From: Mobula hypostoma
Taxonomy: Eukaryota
Length of the DNA stretch: 64,000 bases
Direction: 5' to 3'
NCBI RefSeq assembly: GCF_963921235.1
Contig: NC_086108.1
Coordinates: 48,920,001-48,984,000, forward strand
Part shown: positions 50,169-62,199 of the stretch, piece by piece
Position numbering within the stretch: position 1 is the first letter of the stretch
How the letters are laid out: every line of letters begins with the position of its first letter
Position numbers and translations under genes: made by a program
The notes under the pieces: generated by a model
Databases searched by the model: none
Told to the model about the DNA's origin: nothing
Seen by the model: the letters and a program-made list of their open reading frames with translations, nothing else

Positions 50169-51306
50169 TACTGTAGAGGTTGGTGTTGGGACTGCTTCTT
50201 TTCACATTATACACAGTTTGTCAATGATTTGGATGATGAAATTGATGGCTTTGTGGCTAACTTATGGATGATGCAAAAATAGGTGGAGAACTGGCAACAT
50301 TGAGGAAGCAGAGAGTCTGAAGAAGGACTTAAGACAGATTAGGAGAATGGGTGAAGAAGTGGCAGATGAAATATAGTGTAGAGAGGTGTATGGTCATGCA
50401 CTTTGGTCGAACGAATAAAGGTGTAGACTATTTTTCAAATTGGTGGAAAATTCAGAAATTGGAGGTGCAGGGGAACTTCGGAGTCCTCGTGCACAATTCC
50501 CTGAAGGTTAATTTGCAGGTCGAGTCAGTGGTAAGGAAGGCAAATGCAATGTTAGCATTCATTTTGAATGGATTAGCATGTTAAAGCAAGGATGTAATTA
50601 TGAGATTTTATAAGATGTTGGTCAGACTGCATGGAGTATTTAGCAGTTTTGGGCCACTTATCAAAGAAAGTATGTGCTGGCATTGTAGAGAGTCCAGAGG
50701 AGGTTAATGAGGATGATACTGGGAATGAAAGGGTTAACATATGAGGAGCATTTGATGGCTCTGGGCATGCTGTCACTGGAGCTTAGAAGAATGAAAGGGG
50801 GATCTTATTGAAACCAATTGAATGTTGAAAGTCATAGATGGAGTGGATATGGAGAGGGTGTTTTCTGTATTAAGGTAGTTTAGGGCCAGAGGGCCTGCTT
50901 AGAACTCTGAATGCCCAGGTGTCTGCGAAGTAAATTCTGGGATTTTCTGTCTTTGAAAGTTAGTGATAGTTTTATTACAAGGAGTATCTTTCAATATGGT
51001 GAGCCTTTGAAAGTTAGTAGAATTGTAAGGATATGTGCTTGGGTATTTATTATCATAGTTGTCAACCACACTCACATCCACAACCCCAGGTTATGAGTGT
51101 CCAAATTGACACTAATGTGTACAAACTGTAATATTAAGTTCAAAGTGGAGCTTGTTTGTTATCTACGGACAATCAGTATGCAGGTAAGTAAAACTACGTG
51201 ACTAATTGGGTCAGGGTCAAACCATGCAGTCAGCCCAAAGATCACTATAGACATCAAATATAATGTTTTGTGCTTAGTAAAAATGATGACTTTTATATTT
51301 TTTCAG

Positions 51307-51389
51307 GTGTACTGTTGAGGAAGCTAGAGGCTGGCCTTCGTGGTATAAGTCATGTAATTGTGGATGAAATTCATGAGAGAGATATTAAT
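51307..51389 (+). CDS. DHX9: DHX9 exon 14 equivalent, DEIH box
   Basis: tttcag|GTGTAC...ATTAAT|gtgagt; [27 protein letters not shown]. Confidence 0.98.
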
Positions 51390-52319
51390 GTGAGTAATTG
51401 AACTCTTTATTATCAAAAGGGTATTTCAGTTATGGTTCTGTTCAATAATGATACTGTTTATTGACATTTACTTATTTTCCTGGAGGCATTGATTTTTCTT
51501 TCCTCTTACTCACCTTAAAATTTACCATATGTATTTTCTATAGCTCAAAATGTGTATGCTTCCATTTGCCACCATTCCTATTTGATTTCCCATTGTGTTG
51601 ATATCATTTGCCAGAAAACTTTTTTTCAGGTACTCTATTAATTTCAGAAACAACCAGTATTGCTTCCAGTGTCTATCCCTTTGTCTTTTTAAGCATTCTC
51701 AATGTTGTAGACTGCAGTTAATGTAATCTTGCAGTAATACTACAATTTTCTAATTTTTTTGGTTGCTTGTGAGGTTAGAATTTAGCTATAGAAGCTTGTG
51801 TATGAGATTGATTTATTATTTGTGCCAATCTCAATTCATAAATTTCCTTCAAAGGCTGAAAAGCACTTTTTTTTTGGTAAATCTTCATTCCTCTACATTA
51901 TGATCAAATATGCACAAGCTTGAAATCTGTAGATGTCAGTTACCTGTTAATCCCCACAGTGTTGTGGATAATAGAGATTGTTGTTCTATCATACAAGTTT
52001 TCTTTCTCGAAGTGTAAAAACCACAAGAATTTTGTTTTATGAGAATTTTGCAATAAGAGCTTGGGATTTGTGTGGATTGAATTTCAAGATTTCAGACTTG
52101 ATTGAAGACACATCCATAAGTACTTTAAGATTTTCCCTCCTTTGCATTTTTCAAAGAACAGAAAGAAGTATGCACAATATTTGTCTCTGAGTGTGCCCAA
52201 ATTTGTCTCAACACAAGACATTACACATAATGTCTTCAATGACTCTTTTTGAAAATTTAAAAGTCTTTGTATAGAACTGTTTGTTAGAGTAAATCAAAAT
52301 GATCTGTATTCTCTTTCAG

Positions 52320-52476
52320 ACTGATTTTCTTCTTGTGGTTTTACGTGATGTTGTCCAGTCATACCCTGATATCCATGTTATTCTCATGTCTGCCACCATT
52401 GACACCACCATGTTCAGAGAGTACTTTTTTAACTGTCCAATAATCGAAGTTCATGGAAGAACATTCCCTGTTCAAG
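52320..52476 (+). CDS. DHX9: DHX9 exon 15 equivalent, motif III (SAT)
   Basis: ctttcag|ACTGAT...CAAG|gtatgt; [12 protein letters not shown]...LMSATID...GRTFPVQ. Confidence 0.98.
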
Positions 52477-53401
52477 GTATGTAGGAATTGCTTCAATTTT
52501 ATATTTTTAATAGTTTATGTATAATTTAAGCCACATCCTAATTATGCATGTTATTTTAATTAACAGCGAAATGTGTTTAATAATTTAAGATAAACTTTAT
52601 AAAAAATGAGTTTCTCAGCAGCACTAATAGGTATATATTCCAAATTCCATTGGCGACTTTGGTCCTCTGTGGGACTTTTATTAAATACCTTCAAAAAATC
52701 CAAATGTATCACATTCATTGGTTCTCCTTTAACTATTCTACTTATTGCATCTTTAAAGCTCCCCAGTGGTTTATTCAAAACATATTTCTTTCATAAATTG
52801 ATGTTGACTCTGCTCAGTCTTATGATCCATTTCATAGTACAGAGGATTCTGGTTAACTTGGCCCAATTAAGTGGCTGCCCAGTTAGCCCAAGTTTCGTGG
52901 AAATAGTTTAATTTTTTTTTTAAAGACAAATGTCGTTTAACTGAGTGACAAATTATGTATTTAAATGAAATGGAGAACGAATTAGAACATTATTAATTCT
53001 ACTACAGTACTAGCTTATAATTGTTACTGACAGGAATTCATTCAGTGTATGCTACTGTATTCTTTTGACTGTAAATGAACAGAATAAGCACAGACACTTA
53101 AGGTATCTTCTTCAGCTAGCGTCAAATCTTTTTGTGGCATCTTAGCAAGGGTCTGAAATGTTTTAAAGTCAAAATAAAAGACAGCTTAATCAAATATCAC
53201 TGCTTTTTGAATTGGTACCCATGGGCCCAAATGGATAAAGTAACATACGCCCACATAACTGGCACTATTTAAAAACAGTTCACTCTAAGCATGGTGTAGT
53301 GTCTCCAACAGTCTTTTGTCCCTGTTGAGTGGCACAGTGTCCGTAATAAATTAAGGATATCCCAGCTATTTTCTCAGTGACTTTTTGATCTTTAAGAGTT
53401 A

Positions 53402-54764
53402 CTAGACAATGGGGTGACCCGTTGGGGCACCCTTTGAGAGAAGAGTAGTGCAGTCTGATGTGACCAGAATGAACATTAAATTTCTCTGAATGCTATTGGT
53501 ATCGCTTTACTTTGGAAACTGAAGTAGAAAACCTTCGTTTATTAAAAAAGAACGACGTGTAGCAAAGCAAATATAGCTCCTCCTCATTTAACGAAGGACA
53601 CTTTTGATGGCATCATTTCTGGTTTATCTGCCACCCTCGTGCCTCTCGTTGTCATTCTGGAGACATGCAGTCCTTTCATCCCCTGTCTCTTCATCTCTTC
53701 TACTGTTTGTTCTTTGTCTCTGATCCTGGAGACGTGAATTTCTCAGCTCCTTTGTCTCTTCCTCTCTCCTCCTTCTGTGCCTGTTTTTGTCTTCTGGAGA
53801 CGTGCAGCCCTTTCATCCCCCATCTCTTCAGCTCTTCTGCTGTTTGTTCTTTGTCTCTGATCCTGGAGACGTGCATGCCTCTCCTCCTCTGTCTCTTCTT
53901 CTCTTGTCTTTTTTTGTTCTGACTCTTTGATCCTGGAGTCGTGTGGCCCTGGCCTCATCCGATTCTTGTTCTCTCCTTCTCCTTGCCGCTTCCTGACGAC
54001 GTTTGGCGTCATCTCTTGACCATAATGTCCCCTTCCCTTTCCACATGGCATAATTAGCCATTTTTATCCAAAATGATAGAATCCCTTTTGCCAATCAACT
54101 GTCCAGTTCTTGGCTTCATCCCTCCCCCTCCTGTCTTCTTCTATCATTTTGGATCTCCCCCTCCCCCTCCCACTTTCAAATCTCTTACCATCTCTTCTTT
54201 CAGTTAGTCCTGACAAAGGGTCTCGGTCCGAAACGTTGACTGTACCTCTTCCTAGAGATGCTGCCTGGCCTGCTGCGTTCACCAGCAACTTTGATGTGTG
54301 TTGTGTGATATAGTCACCACTGTCCTTTCACTGCAGCAAAGGGTTTTATGGGTGTCTCGAAGTACATCATTACAATAAGATTTAATTATCTCTTATTGAT
54401 GGGTGGCAGTTAGATCTGTCCCAATCCTGCAGATGCAGATTAGCAGATTGTGACCTTTCGAAATAGAGCTGCCCTGGCCTTTTGCTCTGGTAGGAGTCGC
54501 TGCTGAGGCTGGCTGTGCACATGCATCAGGCTGTCGCGTCCCGATTTCCATGATGGCCGATTGGGTCTCGGGTGAAAGCCAGCCTGTTGATTTTTGGCGA
54601 ATGAGCAATTTTATATGAATATATAACCCTGAACTTTGCCTGCATTCTGTAAGTTAGCGCATTTTAATTCGATTTAGCCAAAAAAAAGTGCCGCTGTAAT
54701 GTACCATTTGTGCTAATTGGAGGTCACAGACAGACAGAGCATGAGAGTTTTAGTAGTATATAGA
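53402..54764 (-). mobile_element. Non-autonomous Helitron with an STPR-like repeat remnant
   Basis: Minus strand: 5' TCTATATACTACTAAAA; 3' hairpin ggtgccccaacgggtcacc followed by CTAG; inserted between A and T with no TSD. Confidence 0.85.
54078..54305 (+). mobile_element. PLE terminal-repeat insertion inside the Helitron
   Basis: Near-identical to the arms at 32.05-32.8 kb; hammerhead-like motif at 54206-54241 (CTGACAA variant). Confidence 0.8.
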
Positions 54765-54913
54765 TCCCAAATAAGTGGCTGCCCTGCTAAACCGATGACC
54801 CAACTAATTGGATGGAATCTACTGTAATATGTATTGCAGCTTTCATTATAGTTTACAATATTTTCTCAATCACTTGTATTAGGTTAGGATGGGTGCATGT
54901 ATACTTTAAATTA

Positions 54914-55728
54914 CTGTGGATTCCAGTTAATTCGGACCAGTACATTTTGGTCCAATTAATTGGCTGTACAAATTAGGTGAAACTTCATGGAAGTAGATAA
55001 AAAGGTATAAAAAAGACCAACTACAGTTTAACTGAATAACAGATTATGTATGTAAATGAAATGCAGAGCAAATTAGAACACTACTAATACTTAATAGTAG
55101 TATAAAACTTTATTAGTTTGTTAATAGATATCGATGGAGGAATTAATCCATTCTATGCTGCCATGTTCTTTTGATTTACTGCAACTGAGCAAAATCAGTG
55201 CAGACACCTAGTGCGGGTATTAGACTGTCTTCAAACAATGTTTTTAACAATTACATCCTCCAGATATTCGTTTTCATTATAACATTCAAGATGATTGTCA
55301 AACCTTTAAATTCTTCATAGTTCCTAATTTGCTGAAGTAGTGAAATTGTGTCATTTTCACTCCCAGCCACTTCTGACATTTCTGACATCTCTGACATCTC
55401 CCAAGTATGAATGCCTGAAACCACAGTGAGCAAAGCAGTTATGAATTGTCTTAATGCTTATTACTTGCTGACTATCAGTGACAAAAATCACTGCATTTTG
55501 AACAGAAACACATACAAATGACACTTTTTTAAAAAAGCTGTTCAGTCTAATGGCCCCACAATGTGGACACAACTGATGTTAATTAGAAACTGGCAACAGT
55601 CTCCCATCCTAATTAAACAGCCTAGTGTCCCAAGTAAATGAAGGGAATCCTAGTAATTTTCTCAATTAGCTGTCCCAAATTAGCAGCTCCCTCAATAAAC
55701 TGATGGCTCAGTTGATTGGAATCCACTG
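54914..55728. mobile_element. Tigger/pogo-type MITE, second copy
   Basis: TA-ctgtggattcc...ggaatccactg-TA. Confidence 0.8.
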
Positions 55729-55846
55729 TATATAGTTGAACAGTCCTCTACCATACAGTCCTGCTTTGACGCTAAACACTAAAGTGAAATTGGTCCTTCT
55801 GCTTTGATGAATTTAATACTTCAAGAATCTGTCCTGTTTATTTCAG

Positions 55847-55947
55847 AATATTTTTTAGAAGACTGTATACAGATGACTGGGTTTGTTCCTCCTCCAAGAG
55901 ACAAAAAGAAAAAGGACAAAGATGAAGAAGGTGGTGATGATGAGGAG
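55847..55947 (+). CDS. DHX9: DHX9 exon 16 equivalent
   Basis: tttcag|AATATT...GAGGAG|gtataa; YFLEDCIQMTGFVPPPRDKKKKDKDEEGGDDEE. Confidence 0.96.
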
Positions 55948-56259
55948 GTATAAACAAACATGGAATTTTATTGGGCATATTTAAGCTTTCAAGATCAAAC
56001 TCCACAATGTTCTCTAAAACTAGTATTTGTCAGAAAGAATTGGGTGGATTTGCTGATTTTTAAAAAATAAATATTGAACAAGATTTGCTGGATTAAAACC
56101 AGATTTCAAGATACAGTTCTTTGAATCTATTCACTGTTTTTGATTTACCTATACAAAGAGCTAATCGAATTTTAGCATCAGGTGAACTCTCATGCAGTGT
56201 GGTTCTGAGTATTTTATACAGCAGCTTGGGCTACAAGAAGATTTGGTTAATTTGCCTGA

Positions 56260-57812
56260 AAGGCATCTGTAGAAAGGGAGAATAAAACTACATCTGTGAA
56301 AGTCCCTGTGGTATTTCGTGATCCTATGATCTCTGTCTTGGAGGCTGACATCAGAACATCTTTCAAGAGCATGAACCCTCGCAAGGTGTCAAGCCCTGAT
56401 GGAGTACCTGGTAGGGCACTAGAAACCTGTGCCAACCAACTGGCTGGAATGTTCAAAGATCTCTTCAATCTTTCATTACCACAGTCTGAGGCTTCCCCCC
56501 GCTTCAAAAGGATGACAATCAGAGCAGTCCCCAAGAGGAGCAGGGTGAACTGCCTCAACGATTGTCACCCTGTTGCACTCACATCTACCGTGATGAAGTG
56601 CTTTGAGAGGTTGGTCATGGTCAGAATCAACTCCTGTCCAAGCAAGGGCCTGGACCTACTGTAATTTGCTTATCACCAAAGTAGGTCTACAGCGAATGCT
56701 TTCACTGGCTTTGGATCACCTGGAATACCTACGTCAGGCTGCTGTTTATTGATTATGGCTCAACGTTCAACACAGTCATTCGCTCAGTTCTAATCAAAAA
56801 TTTCTAAAACCAAGGCTTCCGTACCTCTGTCTGCAACTGAATTCTTGACTTCCGCACCAGGAGAATATAGTCATTGCAGATCAAAATAACATCTGCTCAT
56901 TTCTGATGATCAACACCAGCGCATCTTAAAGATACATGCTTAGCCCACTGTTCTATTCTCTGTCTACTCCAACGACTGTGTGACTAGGCGCAACTCAAAC
57001 ACCATCTGTTAATTTGCTGAGCACACAGCTATTGTTGGTAGAATTTCAGATGGTAACGAGGTGTACAAGAGCAAAATAGATCAGCTAGTTGAGTGGTGTT
57101 ATAACGCACTTAACATCAGTAAAATCCAGGAATTCATTGTGGACTTCAGGAAAGGAAATCTGAGGGAACACAAACCAGTCCTCATCGAGGGATCAGCAGT
57201 GAAAAGGGCGGGCAGCTTCAAGTTCCTGTGTGTCGCTGTCTCTGAAGATCTATCCTGGGCCCAGCAAACAGTTGGACATGGCAGCAGCTATGTTTCATTT
57301 GGAGTTTTGAGGAGGTTTGATATGTCACCAAAGACTTGCAAATTTCTGCGGATGTTCCACAGAGAGCATTCTAACTGGTTGTATTACCATCTGATCTGGA
57401 AGGGCCACTGCACTGGATCGGAAAAACTACAGAATTTGTAATCTAAGCCAGTTGTATCACGGACTTTAGCCTCCATAGCATAGAGGACACCTTCAAGGGG
57501 TAATGCCTCAAAAAGGCAGCTTCCATCATTAATTACCCCCATCATCCAGGACATGCTTTCTTATTGCTACCATCAAGAAGGAGGTGCAACAGCCTGAAGA
57601 CACAGTTTCAGGAACAGCTTCTTCCTCTCTGCCATCAGTGAACCCATGAACATTACCTTACTATTGTTTTGCTCACTTTTTGCATTACTTTTTTATATAT
57701 ACACTAATTGTGTTTTTTATTGTTTATTAAATTGATGTATTGCAATGTACTGTTGCCGCAAAACAGCAAATTGCATAACACATGCCAGTGATATTAAACC
57801 TGATTCTGATTC
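56260..57812 (+). mobile_element. Rex1/Babar-type LINE 3' half, decayed
   Basis: SSPDGVPGR, CHPVALTSTVMKCFERLV; tail attaaacctgattctgattctg. Confidence 0.85.
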
Positions 57813-57844
57813 TGGCCTGGTCAGGTCAGGGCAATAGTAAAAAG

Positions 57845-58215
57845 GAACTCACAAAAGATGCTAGAGGAACTCAGCAAGTCGGGCAGTATCTATGGAAATG
57901 AATAATCTATCGGCCGTTTTAGGATGGGAGTGGAAGGAGGAAGGTGCCAGAATAAAAAGGTGGGGGTCGGGGAAGGAGACTAGCTAGAAGGTGGTAGGTG
58001 AAGCCAAGTGGGTGCGAAAGGTAAAGGCTAGAGAAGAAGGAATCTGATAGGAGAGGAGAGTAGACCAAGGGAAGGAAGACGGGACCCGGGGAGGTGATAG
58101 GCAGGTGAGAAGAGGTAAAAGGCCAGTATGGGGAATAGAAGAGGGGAGGGGAAATCTATATTCATGCATCAAGTTAGAGGCTACCCAGGTGGAATATAAG
58201 TTTATAGTTCTGCTG
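57845..58215 (-). mobile_element. Penelope-like 3' fragment
   Basis: Same terminal repeat family (gatgctagaggaactcagcaag...) followed by purine-rich UTR and a GIY-YIG-end remnant. Confidence 0.65.
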
Positions 58216-58479
58216 AGTACAATAAGTTCTTCTTGGATATTAAAGTTACAGCCAGCTGGCATTGGGGTGAAAGAAGCTAAGGTCGCTTTTTGCAGCTTAG
58301 ATTGCTGAGAACACGTGTTAATGAAGTTTGAACTGTGATAATGGGCTGAATTTATTAAGAAAATATAATTGAAAGTGATTTTTTTAGATAAACAATTCCT
58401 AGGATTGGCTATAGCCTAAAATAAATATTTGATCATTTGAAATCAGATTTGTTGAATTGTAATATCTGCATTGTTACAG

Positions 58480-58693
58480 GTTAACTGCAACAGCATTTGT
58501 GGTGATGATTATAGTCCAGAAACCAAACGTGCTATGGCGCAGATGAGTGAAAAGGAGACCCCATTTGAACTGATAGAAGCGTTACTCAAGTATATTGAAA
58601 CATTGGATGTCGAAGGAGCAGTTCTTGTTTTCTTGCCTGGGTGGAACTTGATTTTTGCTATGCAAAGACATCTGGAAATGAATTCTTACTTTG
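58480..58693 (+). CDS. DHX9: DHX9 exon 17 equivalent, motif IV
   Basis: gttacag|GTTAAC...TTTG|gtttgt; ...ETPFELIEALLKYI...GAVLVFLPGWNLI... Confidence 0.97.
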
Positions 58694-58834
58694 GTTTGTG
58701 TTTCCTTACTCTTATGTAATTTCATTTATTTGGTTTATTTTGCTGATCTTTAAACACTGCTTTTCATTCTTATTCAAGAGAAAATCTGCAGGTACTGGAA
58801 ATCCAAACAACACATTCAAAGTGATGGAGGAACT

Positions 58835-58872
58835 CAGTCCTGATGAAGGGTCTCGGCCCGAAACATTAACTG
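58835..58872 (+). ncRNA. Hammerhead-like motif in a short PLE palindrome (~58780-58935)
   Basis: cagtc-CTGATGA-a-gggtctcggccc-GAAA-cATT-aactg; core intact, stems I and III degenerate. Confidence 0.55.
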
Positions 58873-59557
58873 TACTCCTTTTCATAGCTGCTGTCTAGCC
58901 TGCTGAGTTCCTCCAGCATTTTGTGGGTGTTGTTTTTCTCATTCGTGGTTCTATGCACGTGGCTTGAGAGTAATTGTTTTTGTACTCTTCATAATATCTC
59001 AACTTGTCAGATAGGAGAGAGTTGTTGATTTGAACCTTTAATCACATACAAGAAAGACTTAATTTGCTTCTAAGGTTCTGATTAAACATAAAAACTTTCA
59101 GGACATTAGGTCAGGATTACTTCCATTATCTTCCCAATTTTAATGTGTCTCAAATTTTCTTTTATTTTACTGAGGTTTTCTTCTTGATGTTTACTCCCAG
59201 TTATTATACTTTTCCATCCCCAGATTTAAAATCCTGTGAAATTGTATGTGCTTTCATGCAGATTCTCACATTTTTCTTGCTGGATTGTGATTCAAACACT
59301 TTGAATTTCCTAGCCTAAGAAAATGCTTGTGTAATATTATCATCTGGTACCATAACCTATACACCATGTAACCTAAGTGTTTTAGTCTTCTGATCTTCAA
59401 TTATTGGGTGAATATTTAAACTATTTGTGAACTGCAAAATTTTAATGTTGATATTAATGTTACCATACGTTAGCATTTTACAGAACAATTTGTTTTAAAG
59501 TTAGAGTATGTTTTTTATTGAGGAATTTGAGCACTATAACTTTTTTTTACTTAACAG

Positions 59558-59652
59558 GAAGCCATAGATACAGAATTCTGCCATTACACTCACAGATTCC
59601 AAGAGAGGAACAACGCAGGGTGTTTGATCCTGTACCAACAGGAGTCAGAAAG
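59558..59652 (+). CDS. DHX9: DHX9 exon 18 equivalent
   Basis: ttaacag|GAAGCC...AGAAAG|gttaga; [31 protein letters not shown]. Confidence 0.97.
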
Positions 59653-59980
59653 GTTAGATTGGGAATTCTAATTTAGATCTGAGGGTGAATTTAAAGCAAA
59701 AAATAAATTTACTTGATTGGTTCCATTTGTAGTACAACCACAGTTTTGGGGAAAAATCTTGGATCATAGAAAGGATGGAATGGGGAAGGGAAATACAATG
59801 GCCTACTCATAATTTGCAGACACACTTTATATTTTGAGTCATAGTAGATTGTTCCAGCTAAATCTGCAAGGTAAATGAAGCTTTAGCACTACATATGCAA
59901 GAAATATTCAGTAGTATGAAATTTAACTGAGAATATTTGAGTATGTGAGCAATGATCCCGATTTTAATTTCTACTACCAG

Positions 59981-60054
59981 GTCATTTTGGCTACAAACAT
60001 TGCAGAAACGAGCATTACCATTAATGACGTAGTTTATGTCATTGATTCATGCAA
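59981..60054 (+). CDS. DHX9: DHX9 exon 19 equivalent, motif V
   Basis: taccag|GTCATT...TGCAA|gtaagt; [24 protein letters not shown]. Confidence 0.97.
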
Positions 60055-61271
60055 GTAAGTGATCTTATAAACATGATTTTAAAAAAAAATATGCATTTAT
60101 AATTATTTAAATACTCAAGCTCATACATATATACCAACTTTGATGTTTCAGTATTTTCTTATACTGGTTCTGGGATGACTTTTGTAATATAGGAAATGAT
60201 TTTTGAAAAGCGGATACAGTATCCAGTTTGTGTTACAGCCAGTGGCAAGAAATTAATGGTCATTAACTCTGTTTGTGGAGGAGAGGGATATTGGCCAGCT
60301 AACACTGAATATCTGGGTATTTCTAACTAAAATAAGTAGAAACAGGAGCAAGCCATTCATTCAGCTGCTTTTGCCTACTCTGTTTCAGTAAGATTGTGGC
60401 TAATTTCTTTCCTCAGTTCTGGCACTAACCTTAATATTGATTAATATGATTCTATTGATATTTTCTGATTTTTGTCTTAAATATACTTGAGGGCTGAGCC
60501 TTACAGCCCTCTTGGTAAAGAAATCCAAAGATTTTGGGGCCCTGTGGTCAGGAAATGTTTTTCTCATCAGTCCTGATTGATTGATACCTTGTTTTGTAAG
60601 TTAATGCAAATAGGTATAAGATATTGGCCTTGACAGGAAGCTAAATGTTTTTCTTTCAGGGTGTGGAGAAAATCTTTTTAGATATTCTGGGTACTATTTT
60701 GGCAGAAAGTCAGGACACAAAGAAAGGTCTTCAGTAAGCAATTATTCATGGAAGACAATATCCAGCTTATATCTTTTGCATTGACTGTAATAAAATCTCT
60801 ATCTTGGCACCTAAAGGTCAAGAAATGTTACTTCAGGCTGTTGAATTGTCTATTCCAAGAGGATTAGGACCTAATCTGTACCCTCATCGTATCAGAGTAT
60901 TACCAAAGAACATCAGTTCTGGCATGGATCTCTTCAGTAATTCAATAGAAATGATCTTACTCTAAAGAAAACCGTGATATAGTATTGTAAGTCTTATATA
61001 CAGCTATGACCTATCAGCACTTTTAACAGATCTTTAAAATTGGATAAATATGGGATCTTTTGTTTGTAATTGAAGAATTTATAAGTAGTTGATCAATGGC
61101 ATTAATTAAATTGTTAGTTCAGCTGAATGTTATTGCTCAAGGAATCAAAGAATCAATTCCTTTGGCCAACTAGAGTTGTATATTCAGAAATCTCATTTCA
61201 TTAACAAGTTTGAATTGGTCATTCCCATGTCAAGTGTTGAACTCTACACCTTATTTGAATGTATTTTTCAG

Positions 61272-61424
61272 ACAGAAAATGAAGCTGTTTACGTCTCACA
61301 ACAATATGACCAATTACGCCACAGTGTGGGCTTCCAAGACCAATTTGGAACAGCGCCGGGGTAGAGCAGGCCGTGTCCGACCTGGCTTCTGCTTCCATCT
61401 CTGTAGCAAGGCACGATTTGAGAG
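61272..61424 (+). CDS. DHX9: DHX9 exon 20 equivalent, motif VI
   Basis: ttttcag|ACAGAA...GAGAG|gtatga; ...[26 protein letters not shown]... Confidence 0.98.
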
Positions 61425-61673
61425 GTATGAATTAAATAATAGATCTTTAAAATCTAACGTGTGCAGGTACATTTATGAGTAGGTTGTCTTGCAGTCTATG
61501 TCACTAAGTTGTCATCTTCAATAAATTTGAAATCAAATTTTAACTTGTTGAATTTGATGTAAAATTTGCATGGTTAATTAGACATTTGTTTGGAAAAGAT
61601 AACTTTCTGGATAATGATATAATGATTAGTTTTGTTGTTGTTTCATGAACAATCTAAATTTGTCTATGCTCAG

Positions 61674-61834
61674 ACTTGAGACCCACATGACTCCCGAGAT
61701 ATTCCGTACACCTCTTCATGAAGTGGCTCTAAGCATCAAACTTCTTCGTCTGGGAGGAATTGGACCATTTCTGGCTAAAGCTATTGAACCCCCACCACTG
61801 GATGCAGTTATTGAGGCAGAACACACTTTGCGAG
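61674..61834 (+). CDS. DHX9: DHX9 exon 21 equivalent; the gene continues beyond the window
   Basis: gctcag|ACTTGA...CGAG|gtgaat; [53 protein letters not shown]. Confidence 0.97.
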
Positions 61835-62199
61835 GTGAATCCTGATTACATGATACTGAGCTACTTCATAGATCATAAAAAACATTGACAAACTTTGAAA
61901 TTCTTAAAAGACAAAACTCCCTCGTAGTAAATTACTGATGATTTTTTTTTAACAATTATGTTACTTTGAATAAGAAATGTTGAAGGAAATTAAGATACAT
62001 ATCCTTCCATTGTGGTTTGTATTGTGAGATTCTATTCTACTTTGAAATCATCAGGAAATCATTCAGTTGCATTGAAGCAATGGAATCTAAATAGATGTTG
62101 AAGTTGGTTTAATCTCAATACTGATTGAGTATTTAATTTGACCAAGCTACAGTGCTATTCAGCCTTTCGCCATAATTCAAATTACTAATTTACTGCAGT

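Larger units (their letters stand above)
49700..50900 (+). mobile_element. CR1 RT/3' fragment
   Basis: YLDFQKTFDKV; WQMKYSVERCMVMHFGR. Confidence 0.85.
52840..54824. mobile_element. Tigger/pogo-type MITE interrupted by a Helitron
   Basis: TA-cagaggattc...gaatctactg-TA; homologous to the copy at 54914-55728. Confidence 0.8.

Noticed and set aside
53630..53990. 69-bp periodic repeats as a CRISPR-like or satellite array
   Set aside because: No constant repeat with unique spacers; explained as coding 23-aa repeats in a Helitron.
55372..55400. (tctgacatc)x3 short tandem repeat
   Set aside because: Local slippage inside a MITE; no further signal.
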